The position numbers were made by a program, and so were the translations under genes. From assembly GCA_029287535.1 (NCBI GenBank), contig JARFQY010000048.1, forward strand, positions 7,542 to 71,541: 64,000 nucleotides of DNA. Direction: 5' to 3'. This document shows, piece by piece, positions 41,265-50,268 of this stretch; positions within the stretch are counted from its first letter, which is position 1; each line of letters starts with the position of its first letter. The stretch is from Filomicrobium sp. GTDB taxonomy: Bacteria; Pseudomonadota; Alphaproteobacteria; Rhizobiales; Hyphomicrobiaceae. The notes beneath the pieces were generated by a model. That model saw only the letters and a program-made list of their open reading frames with translations. It made no database searches and was not told the DNA's origin.

Positions 41265-42850
41265 TGTTCACCAGCTTGTTTGCCGCCCTCAACAGCATGG
41301 CCCCCGAGGACCTGATCGTGGCTGCCCTGTTCATCCCGACCGCGGCCGCGTTACTGATCCCGCTGTGCCATCGGGTTCCGAATTTGCGCGAGGCCGTTAC
41401 TCTGATCTCGGCGGTCGCACTCGCGACCGTCACCTGGTCGCTCTACCCCTATATCATTGACGGCGTGCGGCCAGAACTGAAGGTTTGGGACGTCGGCCAG
41501 GGACTCACCTTGTCTTTCAAGGTGGAGCCACTCGGAATGCTCTTCGCGCTCGTGGCATCGACGCTCTGGATCGTCAACTCGATCTATTCGATCGGCTACA
41601 TGCGTGGAAACAATGAACCGCGCCAGACATCGTTTTATGTCTGCTTTGCCGTCGCTCTGGCATCGACCATGGCACTCGCCTTCTCCGCGAACCTGTTCAC
41701 GATGTTCCTCGCCTACGAGGTGCTGACGATCTCCACCTACCCCCTCGTCACGCATAAGGCGACGCCGGAAGCCATGAAGGCCGGCCGTGTCTATCTGATG
41801 CTCCTGATTGGAACGTCGATGGTCCTGTTCCTGCCAGCGATCGTGATCACGTGGGCGACCGCTGGCACTCTCGACTTCACCGCCGGCGGCATCATCCCGA
41901 TCACTGGCGAGAACGCCCTTTCGCCGTTCCTGCTCGGCGGACTGTTATTCTTGTTCATCTTCGGCATCGGCAAAGCCGCCGTTATGCCGATCCATTTCTG
42001 GCTGCCCGCGGCGATGGTGGCACCGACGCCGGTCAGTGCGCTCCTGCACGCCGTTGCCGTCGTCAAGGCCGGCGTGTTCTCGATCCTTAAGGTGGTTGTC
42101 TATGTATTCGGCATTGACGCTCTCACCACCACCAGCGCGAACACATGGATCATCTATTTGTCTGCGTTCTGCGTGCTCATGGCTTCCATCATCGCGATGA
42201 ACCAGGACAACCTCAAAGCACGGCTCGCCTATTCCACGGTGAGTCAACTGTCCTACATCGTACTGGGCGCTGTCCTGGCAACGGCAACCAGCGTCACCGG
42301 TGGCGCACTTCACATCCTGATGCACGCCTTTGCGAAGATCACGCTCTTCTTCTGCGCCGGTGCGATCTACGTTGCCCATCACAAGACGGAGGTGAGCCAG
42401 CTCGACGGTGTCGGCCGCCTCATGCCAGTGACCATGTTCGCCTTCTTCATCGCCTCGCTGAGTATCATCGGCATTCCTCCGCTCGGCGGCACCTGGAGCA
42501 AATGGTTCCTGGCCCTCGGCGCGCTCGACGCCCACTATCAATTCGCAATGGCCGTTTTCATGATCTCCTCGCTCCTGAATACGGCTTACCTTCTGCCCAT
42601 TGTGTCACGCGCGTTCTTCAAGCCCTTGCCCGGAACCGCCGCCGGCCAGAAGGTCGCGATCGCCGAAGCGCCGACGGCCTGCTTGATCGCAATATCACTG
42701 ACAACGCTGGGTTGTTTGATCCTCTTCTTCTACGCCGATTTCGCCCTCGACATGATCAAGCTTGTCGACTTCACGGGCGCCCAAACGAACACCGCATCTT
42801 CGCCTGCAGCCGGTGGAGAGCTCTTGGAAGGAGCCTTCAATGTCCGCTGA
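41264..42850 (+). CDS. mrpD: MrpD/NuoM-like antiporter subunit (paralog 2)
   Basis: Start at ATG 41264 (TGATG overlap). 528 aa. 'IHFWLPAAMVAPTPVSALLHA', 'KARLAYSTVSQLSY'. Confidence 0.85.
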   Translation: MFTSLFAALNSMAPEDLIVAALFIPTAAALLIPLCHRVPNLREAVTLISAVALATVTWSLYPYIIDGVRPELKVWDVGQGLTLSFKVEPLGMLFALVASTLWIVNSIYSIGYMRGNNEPRQTSFYVCFAVALASTMALAFSANLFTMFLAYEVLTISTYPLVTHKATPEAMKAGRVYLMLLIGTSMVLFLPAIVITWATAGTLDFTAGGIIPITGENALSPFLLGGLLFLFIFGIGKAAVMPIHFWLPAAMVAPTPVSALLHAVAVVKAGVFSILKVVVYVFGIDALTTTSANTWIIYLSAFCVLMASIIAMNQDNLKARLAYSTVSQLSYIVLGAVLATATSVTGGALHILMHAFAKITLFFCAGAIYVAHHKTEVSQLDGVGRLMPVTMFAFFIASLSIIGIPPLGGTWSKWFLALGALDAHYQFAMAVFMISSLLNTAYLLPIVSRAFFKPLPGTAAGQKVAIAEAPTACLIAISLTTLGCLILFFYADFALDMIKLVDFTGAQTNTASSPAAGGELLEGAFNVR

Positions 42851-43121
42851 TCACGACCACCATGGTTTCGAAACGCCACCACACGAACGCACCTGGATCG
42901 ACGACCCCAGGAACGTCGACAAGATCGTGTACGCGCTCTATGCGATTTGCGCCCTCCTCATCCTTATAGATCCCTGGATCCACAAGCATGGTCCGTTTGC
43001 GGTCGAGCACTATTGGGGCTTCTACGGCATCTACGGATTTGTCGGCTGCGTCTTCCTCGTGTTGGCCGCCAAGCTGATGCGCGTGTTCCTCATGCGGCCG
43101 GAAGACTACTATGACAAATGA
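42840..43121 (+). CDS. Small two-TM protein with a His-rich N-terminus, embedded in the Mrp cluster
   Basis: 93 aa from ATG 42840. Overlaps paralog 2 (stop 42850) and is overlapped by paralog 3 (ATG 43111). 'MSADHDHHGFETPPHE...' followed by two hydrophobic segments. Confidence 0.6.
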   Translation: MSADHDHHGFETPPHERTWIDDPRNVDKIVYALYAICALLILIDPWIHKHGPFAVEHYWGFYGIYGFVGCVFLVLAAKLMRVFLMRPEDYYDK

Positions 43122-44805
43122 GCTGAACCCGGGCCTGATCATTATTCTCGGCGCCCTGCTGGTCCCGCTGCTGCCTGGGCGCGTGCTGCGCGGTGCCTAT
43201 ATGCTGGCGCTACCCGTCGCGGCCTTCGTCTATCTGCTGGGGCTGCCGATGGGCGAAATGGGACAGGTCGAGCTCATGGATCTGTCCCTCGTTACGCTTC
43301 GGGTCGACAAGCTCAGTTTCGTCTTCGGAACCATCTTTCTTATCGCCACAGCCCTGGGTGTGATTTACGCGCTTCACGTCGGCGATTGGGTTCAGCACAC
43401 CGCCGGCCTCATCTACGCCGGCAGCGCCATAGGCGCGGTCTTCGCCGGCGATTTCGTGACCCTTTTCATATTCTGGGAGATCACCGCGATCTCTTCGGTC
43501 TTCCTGGTTTGGGCGTCCGGCACGACGTCGGCGATGGCGGCCGGCCTGCGTTACCTTGTGATACAGGTGGGTTCGGGGGTTATACTGCTTGCCGGCGTTC
43601 TCATGCATTACAGCGACACCGGCTCGATCGCCTTCGGCGCCATGGGAACTGAAACGCTTGCCGGCAAGCTCATTCTCATCGCCTTCGGCATCAAGTGCGC
43701 TTTTCCGCTCCTTCACAACTGGCTGCAAGACGCTTATCCGCAGGCCACGGTAACGGGCACCGTGATGCTGTCCGCCTTTACCACCAAGCTTGCCGTCTAC
43801 GCCCTGGCACGCGGCTATGCGGGCACCGAAATCCTGATCCCGATCGGCGCCGTGATGACGGCCTTTCCCATATTCTATGCCGTGATCGAGAATGATCTGC
43901 GGCGGGTGCTTGCGTACTCGCTCAACAACCAGCTCGGCTTCATGGTTGTCGGCATCGGCATCGGCACCGAGCTCGCACTCAACGGCACCGCTGCGCATGC
44001 CTTCTGCCACATCCTTTACAAGGCCCTGCTGTTCATGGCGATGGGTGCCGTGCTTTACCGCGTCGGCACAATCAAGGGTTCGGAGCTTGGCGGGCTCTAC
44101 CGGTCGATGCCCTGGACCACGGTTTTTTGCATTGTCGGAGCCGCATCGATTTCGGCCTTCCCTCTGTTCTCTGGATTCATCTCCAAGTCGCTGATCATTT
44201 CCGCGGCAATGAAGGAGGGGTACTATTGGGTCTGGCTGACCCTGCTGTTCGCCAGTGCCGGCGTTTTCCACCACTCCGGCATCAAGATCCCGTACTTCGC
44301 GTTTTTCGCTCACGATTCAGGCAAGCGCTGTGAAGAGGCCCCGATGAACATGCTCATTGCCATGGGCATCGCTGCGGCATTCTGCATCGGTCTTGGTGTC
44401 TATCCCGATCCGCTGTACGCGCTCCTCCCTTACGATGTGAAGTACGATGCTTACACCGTTGAGCACGTCGTCACCCAGCTGCAGCTGCTGATGTTCTCGG
44501 CTCTCGCTTTCACGGTTCTGATGCGCACCGGCATCTATCCGCCCGAACTGAAGTCGGTCAACCTGGACACGGATTGGTTCTATCGCGTTCCTGGCAGCCA
44601 TCTCTCACAACTCGCAAACCAGTTCCGCTCGATCACCTGGCAATGGGTGGCTGACGGAACCGTCAGACTTGCCACCAAGGTGCACGACGCCCTGTATAAG
44701 CACCATGGGCCGGAGGGTTGGTTCGGTCGCACCTGGCCAACGGGGACGATGGCGTTTTGGACGACGGTGACGCTCGGCGCCGTGGTGATCCTGTCGTATC
44801 TCTAG
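43111..44805 (+). CDS. MrpA-N/NuoL/MrpD-like antiporter subunit (paralog 3) with a C-terminal extension
   Basis: 564 aa. 'LHNWLQDAYPQATVTGTVMLSAF', 'RRVLAYSLNNQLGF'. Extra C-terminal about 70 aa (amphipathic stretch plus a terminal TM). Confidence 0.85.
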   Translation: MTNELNPGLIIILGALLVPLLPGRVLRGAYMLALPVAAFVYLLGLPMGEMGQVELMDLSLVTLRVDKLSFVFGTIFLIATALGVIYALHVGDWVQHTAGLIYAGSAIGAVFAGDFVTLFIFWEITAISSVFLVWASGTTSAMAAGLRYLVIQVGSGVILLAGVLMHYSDTGSIAFGAMGTETLAGKLILIAFGIKCAFPLLHNWLQDAYPQATVTGTVMLSAFTTKLAVYALARGYAGTEILIPIGAVMTAFPIFYAVIENDLRRVLAYSLNNQLGFMVVGIGIGTELALNGTAAHAFCHILYKALLFMAMGAVLYRVGTIKGSELGGLYRSMPWTTVFCIVGAASISAFPLFSGFISKSLIISAAMKEGYYWVWLTLLFASAGVFHHSGIKIPYFAFFAHDSGKRCEEAPMNMLIAMGIAAAFCIGLGVYPDPLYALLPYDVKYDAYTVEHVVTQLQLLMFSALAFTVLMRTGIYPPELKSVNLDTDWFYRVPGSHLSQLANQFRSITWQWVADGTVRLATKVHDALYKHHGPEGWFGRTWPTGTMAFWTTVTLGAVVILSYL

Positions 44806-44817
44806 CGCGGGCAGGCT

Positions 44818-45465
44818 TCAGTCGGGATCAATGAGCCCCAAGGCCAGTTGCACCGGCCGGAACGAGCGTCGGTGCACTGGGCTCGCGCCAAACCGCTGTA
44901 AGGCCTCACGGTGCTGCGGCGTGCCATATCCTTTGTGTCGCTCGAAGCCGTAACCTGGATAAACGTCCGCCAGCTCAGCCATCAATCTGTCCCGGGTGAC
45001 TTTGGCGACAATCGAAGCCGCGGCGATTGACAGGCACTTGGCATCTCCCTTCACGATCGTGCGTGCCTCGCAGCCGACCGGTGGACGCCTGTTGCCGTCA
45101 ACCAGAACAAGGCGTGGCATTTCCCCGAGCTCTGCCACGGCTCTCGCCATCGCCCACATCGTGGCGTTGAGAATGTTGTCGCGGTCAATTCTGTCAACTT
45201 CGGCAATACCCACGCCTACCCGCGCGGTCTTCTGGATGCTGACGAAGGCCGCATCCCGCTCCTGTGCGTTAAGGGCTTTGGAGTCCGCAATGCCGATCGG
45301 CAGGCGATCGAGGTCGAGAATAACCGCGGCGGCGACGACTGGCCCGGCCCACGGACCACGCCCCGCCTCATCGACACCGGCGATCGCACCCGGCGCCAGC
45401 GCGAGCTCCGCTTGCTCCAGCTCGAGTGTCGGCCGATTTCGTTTCTGCAGCCCCTTCATGGCCAA
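44818..45465 (-). CDS. rnhB: Ribonuclease HII
   Basis: 'GVDEAGRGPWAGPVVAAAV', 'DSKALN', 'SIAAASIVAKVTRD'. Confidence 0.93.
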   Translation of the reverse strand: MAMKGLQKRNRPTLELEQAELALAPGAIAGVDEAGRGPWAGPVVAAAVILDLDRLPIGIADSKALNAQERDAAFVSIQKTARVGVGIAEVDRIDRDNILNATMWAMARAVAELGEMPRLVLVDGNRRPPVGCEARTIVKGDAKCLSIAAASIVAKVTRDRLMAELADVYPGYGFERHKGYGTPQHREALQRFGASPVHRRSFRPVQLALGLIDPD

Positions 45466-45498
45466 TAGTGTCGCCCGAGTCGGCAGGACCCGAAAGAC

Positions 45499-46608
45499 CT
45501 AAATCAGCGAGAGCTGGCCGTTCTTCGCGGCGGGCTTGCGAAACAAGTCCGTCCGCAGCCGCTCCCGGCATTCGTTAAGCCCATGCCGCTTCAGCGCAAG
45601 CCTGAAGCGCATCGCCACCTGCCCGGCATAAGGACCGCTCCCCTTCTGCCTGAGCCCGAATGCGCTGCGGTAGTCGCGACCGTCATGCATCTCTTGAACG
45701 AGCTTCATCACGCGACTAGCCCGCTCTGGGTAATCCGTCGCCAGCCACTCTCGGAAAAGTTGCCCGATCTCTAGCGGCAGCCGCAGCATGACGTAACCCG
45801 CCTCAGCCACGCCGGCCGCGCTGGCGGCTTCCAGAATGCCCTCAATCTCGTGATCATTGAGCGCCGGGATAATCGGCGCGACCATCACCGCCGTCGGAAC
45901 CCCCGCCGCATGCAACCCGCGAAGAGCTTCAAGCCGCTTACCTGGGGTCGAGGCCCTGGGTTCCATTGATCTCGCCAGTCGCCTGTCGAGCGTCGTCACC
46001 GACAGCACGACCTTCGCAAGCCCGTCTTTCGCCATTCGCGACAGGATATCTGCATCCCGCAACACCAAAGCCGACTTGGTCACGATGCCGACGGGGTGCC
46101 GAGCCGCCTCCAGCACCTCCAGGATCTGTCTCGTCAGCCCCAGTTGCCGCTCGATAGGCTGATAGGGATCCGTATTCGTACCGAGTGCGATCGTCGAGGG
46201 CTTGTAGCCCGGCTTCGCCAATTCCGCTTCGAGCAACTCGGCGGCATTCGGCTTCACGTAAAGCTGGGTCTCGAAATCAAGCCCGGCCGAATGCCCCAGA
46301 TAGCAATGCGTCGGTCGCGCATAGCAATAGGTGCAGCCGTGTTCGCAGCCACGGTAGGGGTTAATCGACTGATCGAAGGAAATGTCAGGACTGTCATTGC
46401 GGGAAATAACGCGGCGCGCGCTGTCCTGATGAAGGGTTGTCTTGAAAGCTGGCAAATCAGCGCCACTTTCCCAGCCATCATCGACGATCTCGCGCCTTTC
46501 CGATTCAAAGCGTCCGGAGACATTCGAACGTGCACCGCGGCCCCGCCGGCGTTCTGCATCAAGCAAGTCCGGTTCACCGGCGCTTTTCACCAACCCGCGA
46601 TCGCTCAT
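45499..46608 (-). CDS. Radical SAM protein (PA0069/Rv2578c-like family)
   Basis: 'YRGCEHGCTYCYARP' (CxxxCxxC). Start at ATG 46608 (MSDRGL...). Confidence 0.85.
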   Translation of the reverse strand: MSDRGLVKSAGEPDLLDAERRRGRGARSNVSGRFESERREIVDDGWESGADLPAFKTTLHQDSARRVISRNDSPDISFDQSINPYRGCEHGCTYCYARPTHCYLGHSAGLDFETQLYVKPNAAELLEAELAKPGYKPSTIALGTNTDPYQPIERQLGLTRQILEVLEAARHPVGIVTKSALVLRDADILSRMAKDGLAKVVLSVTTLDRRLARSMEPRASTPGKRLEALRGLHAAGVPTAVMVAPIIPALNDHEIEGILEAASAAGVAEAGYVMLRLPLEIGQLFREWLATDYPERASRVMKLVQEMHDGRDYRSAFGLRQKGSGPYAGQVAMRFRLALKRHGLNECRERLRTDLFRKPAAKNGQLSLI

Positions 46609-46765
46609 GGAATGGGTCACACCAAACCTCCGGTTTGCCCGACACATTCACCAACCTAGCACTAGGGGCAGAACAAATAAAGAACAATCCACAGAGCCCA
46701 ATGACAGTTCTGAGCTATGTCAACGAACCCTTGTAGGGTTGCCGGTGAGGTGCGAAACACAAGCA

Positions 46766-47536
46766 ATGATCTCAGTCATCATTCCCACACTGAATTCGGA
46801 AGCCACTTTGGGCAGATGTCTCATTGCCCTTGTTCCTGCGGCGGTTGACGGCCTGGTGCAGCAAGTCGTGGTTGCCGACGGTGGCTCTTGCGACCGGACC
46901 CTGTCAATGGCGGAGGAAGCAGGTGCCGACATTGTCGAGAGCCAGCCCGGGCGCGGCCAGCAAATCTGTTCCGGCATCGCGCAGGCGCGCGCACGTTGGC
47001 TGATGGTCCTCCACAGCGACACGGAACTGCAGTCCGGCTGGGAAGCCGAGGTCTCGGCCTTCATGAGATCGGTCGACCTTGGTGAGCGCGACAGGGGGGC
47101 CGCGGCGTTTCGGTATGCGCTTGATGACCATGGTTTCATGCCGCGCCTCATGGAGGCGATGGTTCATGCACGCAGTCATCTGGCCAAGCTGCCATACGGG
47201 GACCAGGCACTTCTGATGCCGCGCCGGCTTTATGAGGAAATCGGAGGCTACAAGCCGATGCCGGTCATGGAGGACTTCGAGATTATCCGGCGCCTCGGTC
47301 GCCGCCGCGTGAGTATTTTGAAGTCGTCCGCGTTGACCAGCTCTGCGCGCTATCGCGACGAAGGCTACCTGCGCCGCGTCGCACGCAACCAGCTGTGCCT
47401 TATCATGTACGCTTGGGGCGTACCGCTGGAGCGCATCGCCGCGTACTACTCCGCGGCAGCCAAGCAAAGTGACACTGCTCCTGGGATAAGCGACACCGCC
47501 GCAAAATCCGCCGCGCACAACATCAAGACGTCGTGA
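46766..47536 (+). CDS. Family-2 glycosyltransferase (TIGR04283-like, from memory)
   Basis: Start at ATG 46766. 'ISVIIPTLNSEATL', 'VVADGGSCDRT', 'LHSDTEL', 'YGDQALLM'. Confidence 0.8.
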   Translation: MISVIIPTLNSEATLGRCLIALVPAAVDGLVQQVVVADGGSCDRTLSMAEEAGADIVESQPGRGQQICSGIAQARARWLMVLHSDTELQSGWEAEVSAFMRSVDLGERDRGAAAFRYALDDHGFMPRLMEAMVHARSHLAKLPYGDQALLMPRRLYEEIGGYKPMPVMEDFEIIRRLGRRRVSILKSSALTSSARYRDEGYLRRVARNQLCLIMYAWGVPLERIAAYYSAAAKQSDTAPGISDTAAKSAAHNIKTS

Positions 47537-47664
47537 TCCAGATGCTTCGAAAATAGGCTCGAAGTCGCGCCACCGCAGGACTATTTATGTGGCGAAGGTC
47601 AGGCCCACTACCCCGCAGCGATGAAGACCTGACCGTTGAGTTTAGAGCCATTTGGAGAATTGCA

Positions 47665-48627
47665 TTGCCAACGAGTAACCGGCGGACGTTTATGATCTCA
47701 GCTGGCGCCGCAGCCGCCGCATTCGGGATTGACGGACAGCTGGCATTCCTGCCATCCGTCCGCGCAGACGAACTTCGCGATCAGGGCTTTTACAAGTTCA
47801 AAATCGGCGACATCGAAGTCACGACCATTTACGACGGCCACTGGAATAAACCCCATGACCCGGGCTTCATTCTCAATGCGTCGCTAACCGAAACAAAGGC
47901 CGCACTCAAAGCCGCCGGGCGGCCTGAGGATAAGGTTCAGATCCCGTTCACGGTGACTGTCGCGAAAACCCCAAACCGCACCATCATGTTCGACGCCGGA
48001 ACCGGTGGGCAGATGGCCCCTACGGCAGGACGCCTGTCGGCCAACATGCAGGCCGCCGGCATTTCCCCCGCCGACATCGACACCATCGTCATCACGCACT
48101 TCCACCCCGATCACATCTTTGGCCTGATGGAAAAGGACACGAATGCGCAGGTTTTTCCCGACAAGGAGATCCTCGTACCGGAGCCTGAATTCGCCTTCTG
48201 GACGGACGAAAGCCGTACGGCGGGGTTGGGAAAATACCGACAGGGACTTGCCCAACGCGTACAGGCCACCATACCAGGCTGGTCCAACGTGACCCGCTTC
48301 CAGACTGGCAAGGAAGTGGTCCCCGGGGTGACTGCTGTCGCCGCCCACGGCCATACCGCCGGTCATACCGTCTTCTCGATCGCCTCCGGTGACGACCAGC
48401 TCTTGGTCCTGGGCGACACCTCGAATATTCCGGCATTGTTTGTCCGCAATCCAGGATGGCACGCCAGCTTCGATGCTGACCCAGAAACCGCTGAAGCTTC
48501 CCGTCGCCGCGTGTTTGACCGCGCCGTCTCCGAGAAAGCGTTGGTTGCCGGCTACCATTTTGGAATGCCGGGTGCCGGGCGCATTGAGAAAGATGGGCAG
48601 GGCTACACCTTCGTCCCGCTAGCCTGA
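47665..48627 (+). CDS. Tat-exported metallo-beta-lactamase-fold hydrolase
   Basis: TTG start at 47665 with GGAGA 6 nt upstream gives the Tat signal 'MPTSNRRTFMISAGAAAAAFGI'. 'ITHFHPDHIFG', 'HGHTAGH'. Confidence 0.85.
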   Translation: MPTSNRRTFMISAGAAAAAFGIDGQLAFLPSVRADELRDQGFYKFKIGDIEVTTIYDGHWNKPHDPGFILNASLTETKAALKAAGRPEDKVQIPFTVTVAKTPNRTIMFDAGTGGQMAPTAGRLSANMQAAGISPADIDTIVITHFHPDHIFGLMEKDTNAQVFPDKEILVPEPEFAFWTDESRTAGLGKYRQGLAQRVQATIPGWSNVTRFQTGKEVVPGVTAVAAHGHTAGHTVFSIASGDDQLLVLGDTSNIPALFVRNPGWHASFDADPETAEASRRRVFDRAVSEKALVAGYHFGMPGAGRIEKDGQGYTFVPLA

Positions 48628-48640
48628 ACCGCAGCCACGC

Positions 48641-49282
48641 ATGTTGCAGCAACACCTCGTTTTGATGGTCAAGGCTCCGGAGGCCGGCCGGGTGAAGACC
48701 CGCCTTGCAAGGGGCATCGGCGTCGTGGCCGCCACGCGCTTTTACCGGACGGCCACCGCCGCGCTCGTCCGGCGGGTCGCCGACCCGCGAAGATGGAAGA
48801 CGTGGCTTGCGGTAACCCCGGACCAAGCCATCAATCATCCCGCGTGGCCCCCCAGCATCGAGCGCCGCGGCCAGGGCGCTGGCGACCTCGGTCAGAGAAT
48901 GCAAAAAGTCCTCAACACCCTATCGCCAGGGCCCGTAGTAATTATCGGATCGGACATTCCGGGGATCACACGCTGCCATATCGCGCAGGCATTTCAGGCA
49001 ACCGGCCGTGCCGATGTCGTTATTGGCCCCGCCCCCGATGGCGGGTATTGGCTGATTGGATTCAGGCGCCGGCCCGCGGTGCCGAGGATTTTTGAGGGAG
49101 TAAGATGGTCGCATCAAGAGACGTTGGCCGACACCTTGCGCAACGCAACAGGCTTGAGAGTTGTCCAGATCGGCATCCTGCATGACGTGGATGAAGCGCG
49201 CGAATTGCCTAGGTTCGCCGGTTGGAGCGGTCGTATTATCCTTCCACGCCTTGTATCTGCGCCACATCCAACTTCTTGGTGA
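48641..49282 (+). CDS. DUF2064 / TIGR04282-like nucleotidyl/glycosyl-transferase-fold protein
   Basis: 'LVLMVKAPEAGRVKTRL', 'IIGSDIPG', 'VIGPAPDGGYWLIG'. Confidence 0.8.
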   Translation: MLQQHLVLMVKAPEAGRVKTRLARGIGVVAATRFYRTATAALVRRVADPRRWKTWLAVTPDQAINHPAWPPSIERRGQGAGDLGQRMQKVLNTLSPGPVVIIGSDIPGITRCHIAQAFQATGRADVVIGPAPDGGYWLIGFRRRPAVPRIFEGVRWSHQETLADTLRNATGLRVVQIGILHDVDEARELPRFAGWSGRIILPRLVSAPHPTSW

Positions 49283-49420
49283 CGACAGATGGCGGACAAC
49301 GCGCGCTAGTCCTGATAAACTCAGTTTGATCATTCAGTGGGCGACTGATCTGAAGCTGCCTGCGATAACGAAGTCGAAAGTGGTGGGAGTGGCCCAAGTC
49401 GGGTCACGGGTGGACCTCGT

Positions 49421-50188
49421 ATGACTGACAGCCCGCGCTATACGCCGGCCCAGATCTTGGAGATGGGCCGGCGCGCCGAACACGAAGGCAATCTCGAATA
49501 CGCAACGCAGTTCTACTCCTATATCGCGGACAACCTCGCTGGCGCGCCGGAGGCTGTCGACGCACGCTTGGCGCTCGACCGCCTCACACATCTCCATCAG
49601 AGGCGCCCGGAGCCCGACCCGGTCAGGCATCAACACCCACAATCGGCTCCGGCAGGGTATGAGGAAGTGCCGCGGACGGGTGCACCGGCACAACCTGTTC
49701 CAGAACCCTCGCTGTCAATGCCCAGCGGCCACATCGCACCCCCATCGACAGCGGACCCGCGGCAGCAAGGCGTCGCCCCCGTTCAGCATCCCTACGGCCA
49801 GCCATCGGCCGCACCACCTGCAGGCCACACAAACGCGTACCAACCCGTGCCTCATATGGCCCAATCCGGAAGCGATGGTGAGGAGGAAGAAGCCGAGTTC
49901 GAACCGGGATATCGCCTGGGCCGATTCCTCGCTTTTACACTGCAGTTGATTGGCTGGCTGGTATTGCTGGGCGGACTCATCTTCATCGCACTGAACCTGG
50001 CCGGTGTCGTTGCCAGCGAGATCGTCGCACCCATTAGTGGTTTGCCCGGCGGCGTTGTCCTAGGCCTCGGCGCAGTCGCCGCGGGTCTTGCACTGGTTTT
50101 CATCGGCCTGTTTGCGCAGGCGACCTTTGAATCGGCCAACAACACCCGCGAGCTTCTCGAGATAGAACGCGCCAAGGCGGGTTGGTGA
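49421..50188 (+). CDS. Hypothetical membrane protein (helical N-domain, Pro-rich linker, C-terminal TM pair)
   Basis: 255 aa. Pro/Gln/Ala-rich middle section. 'FLAFTLQLIGWLVLLGGLIFIAL' and 'VVLGLGAVAAGLALVFIGLFA'. Confidence 0.55.
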   Translation: MTDSPRYTPAQILEMGRRAEHEGNLEYATQFYSYIADNLAGAPEAVDARLALDRLTHLHQRRPEPDPVRHQHPQSAPAGYEEVPRTGAPAQPVPEPSLSMPSGHIAPPSTADPRQQGVAPVQHPYGQPSAAPPAGHTNAYQPVPHMAQSGSDGEEEEAEFEPGYRLGRFLAFTLQLIGWLVLLGGLIFIALNLAGVVASEIVAPISGLPGGVVLGLGAVAAGLALVFIGLFAQATFESANNTRELLEIERAKAGW

Positions 50189-50268
50189 TCATCACCAATC
50201 GACCAAACGATAGAATGCCGGAACGAGTAGCGAATTGACATTCGCCGCCATGCGATAAGAGCCGAGCT

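Noticed and set aside
43210-44313. 367-aa ORF on the minus strand, plus similar antisense ORFs at 41945..42541, 1355..2122, 14368..15129, 27282..27983 and 48092..48904.
   Set aside because: All lie opposite well-supported genes and have Arg/Gly/Asp-rich random-looking translations.
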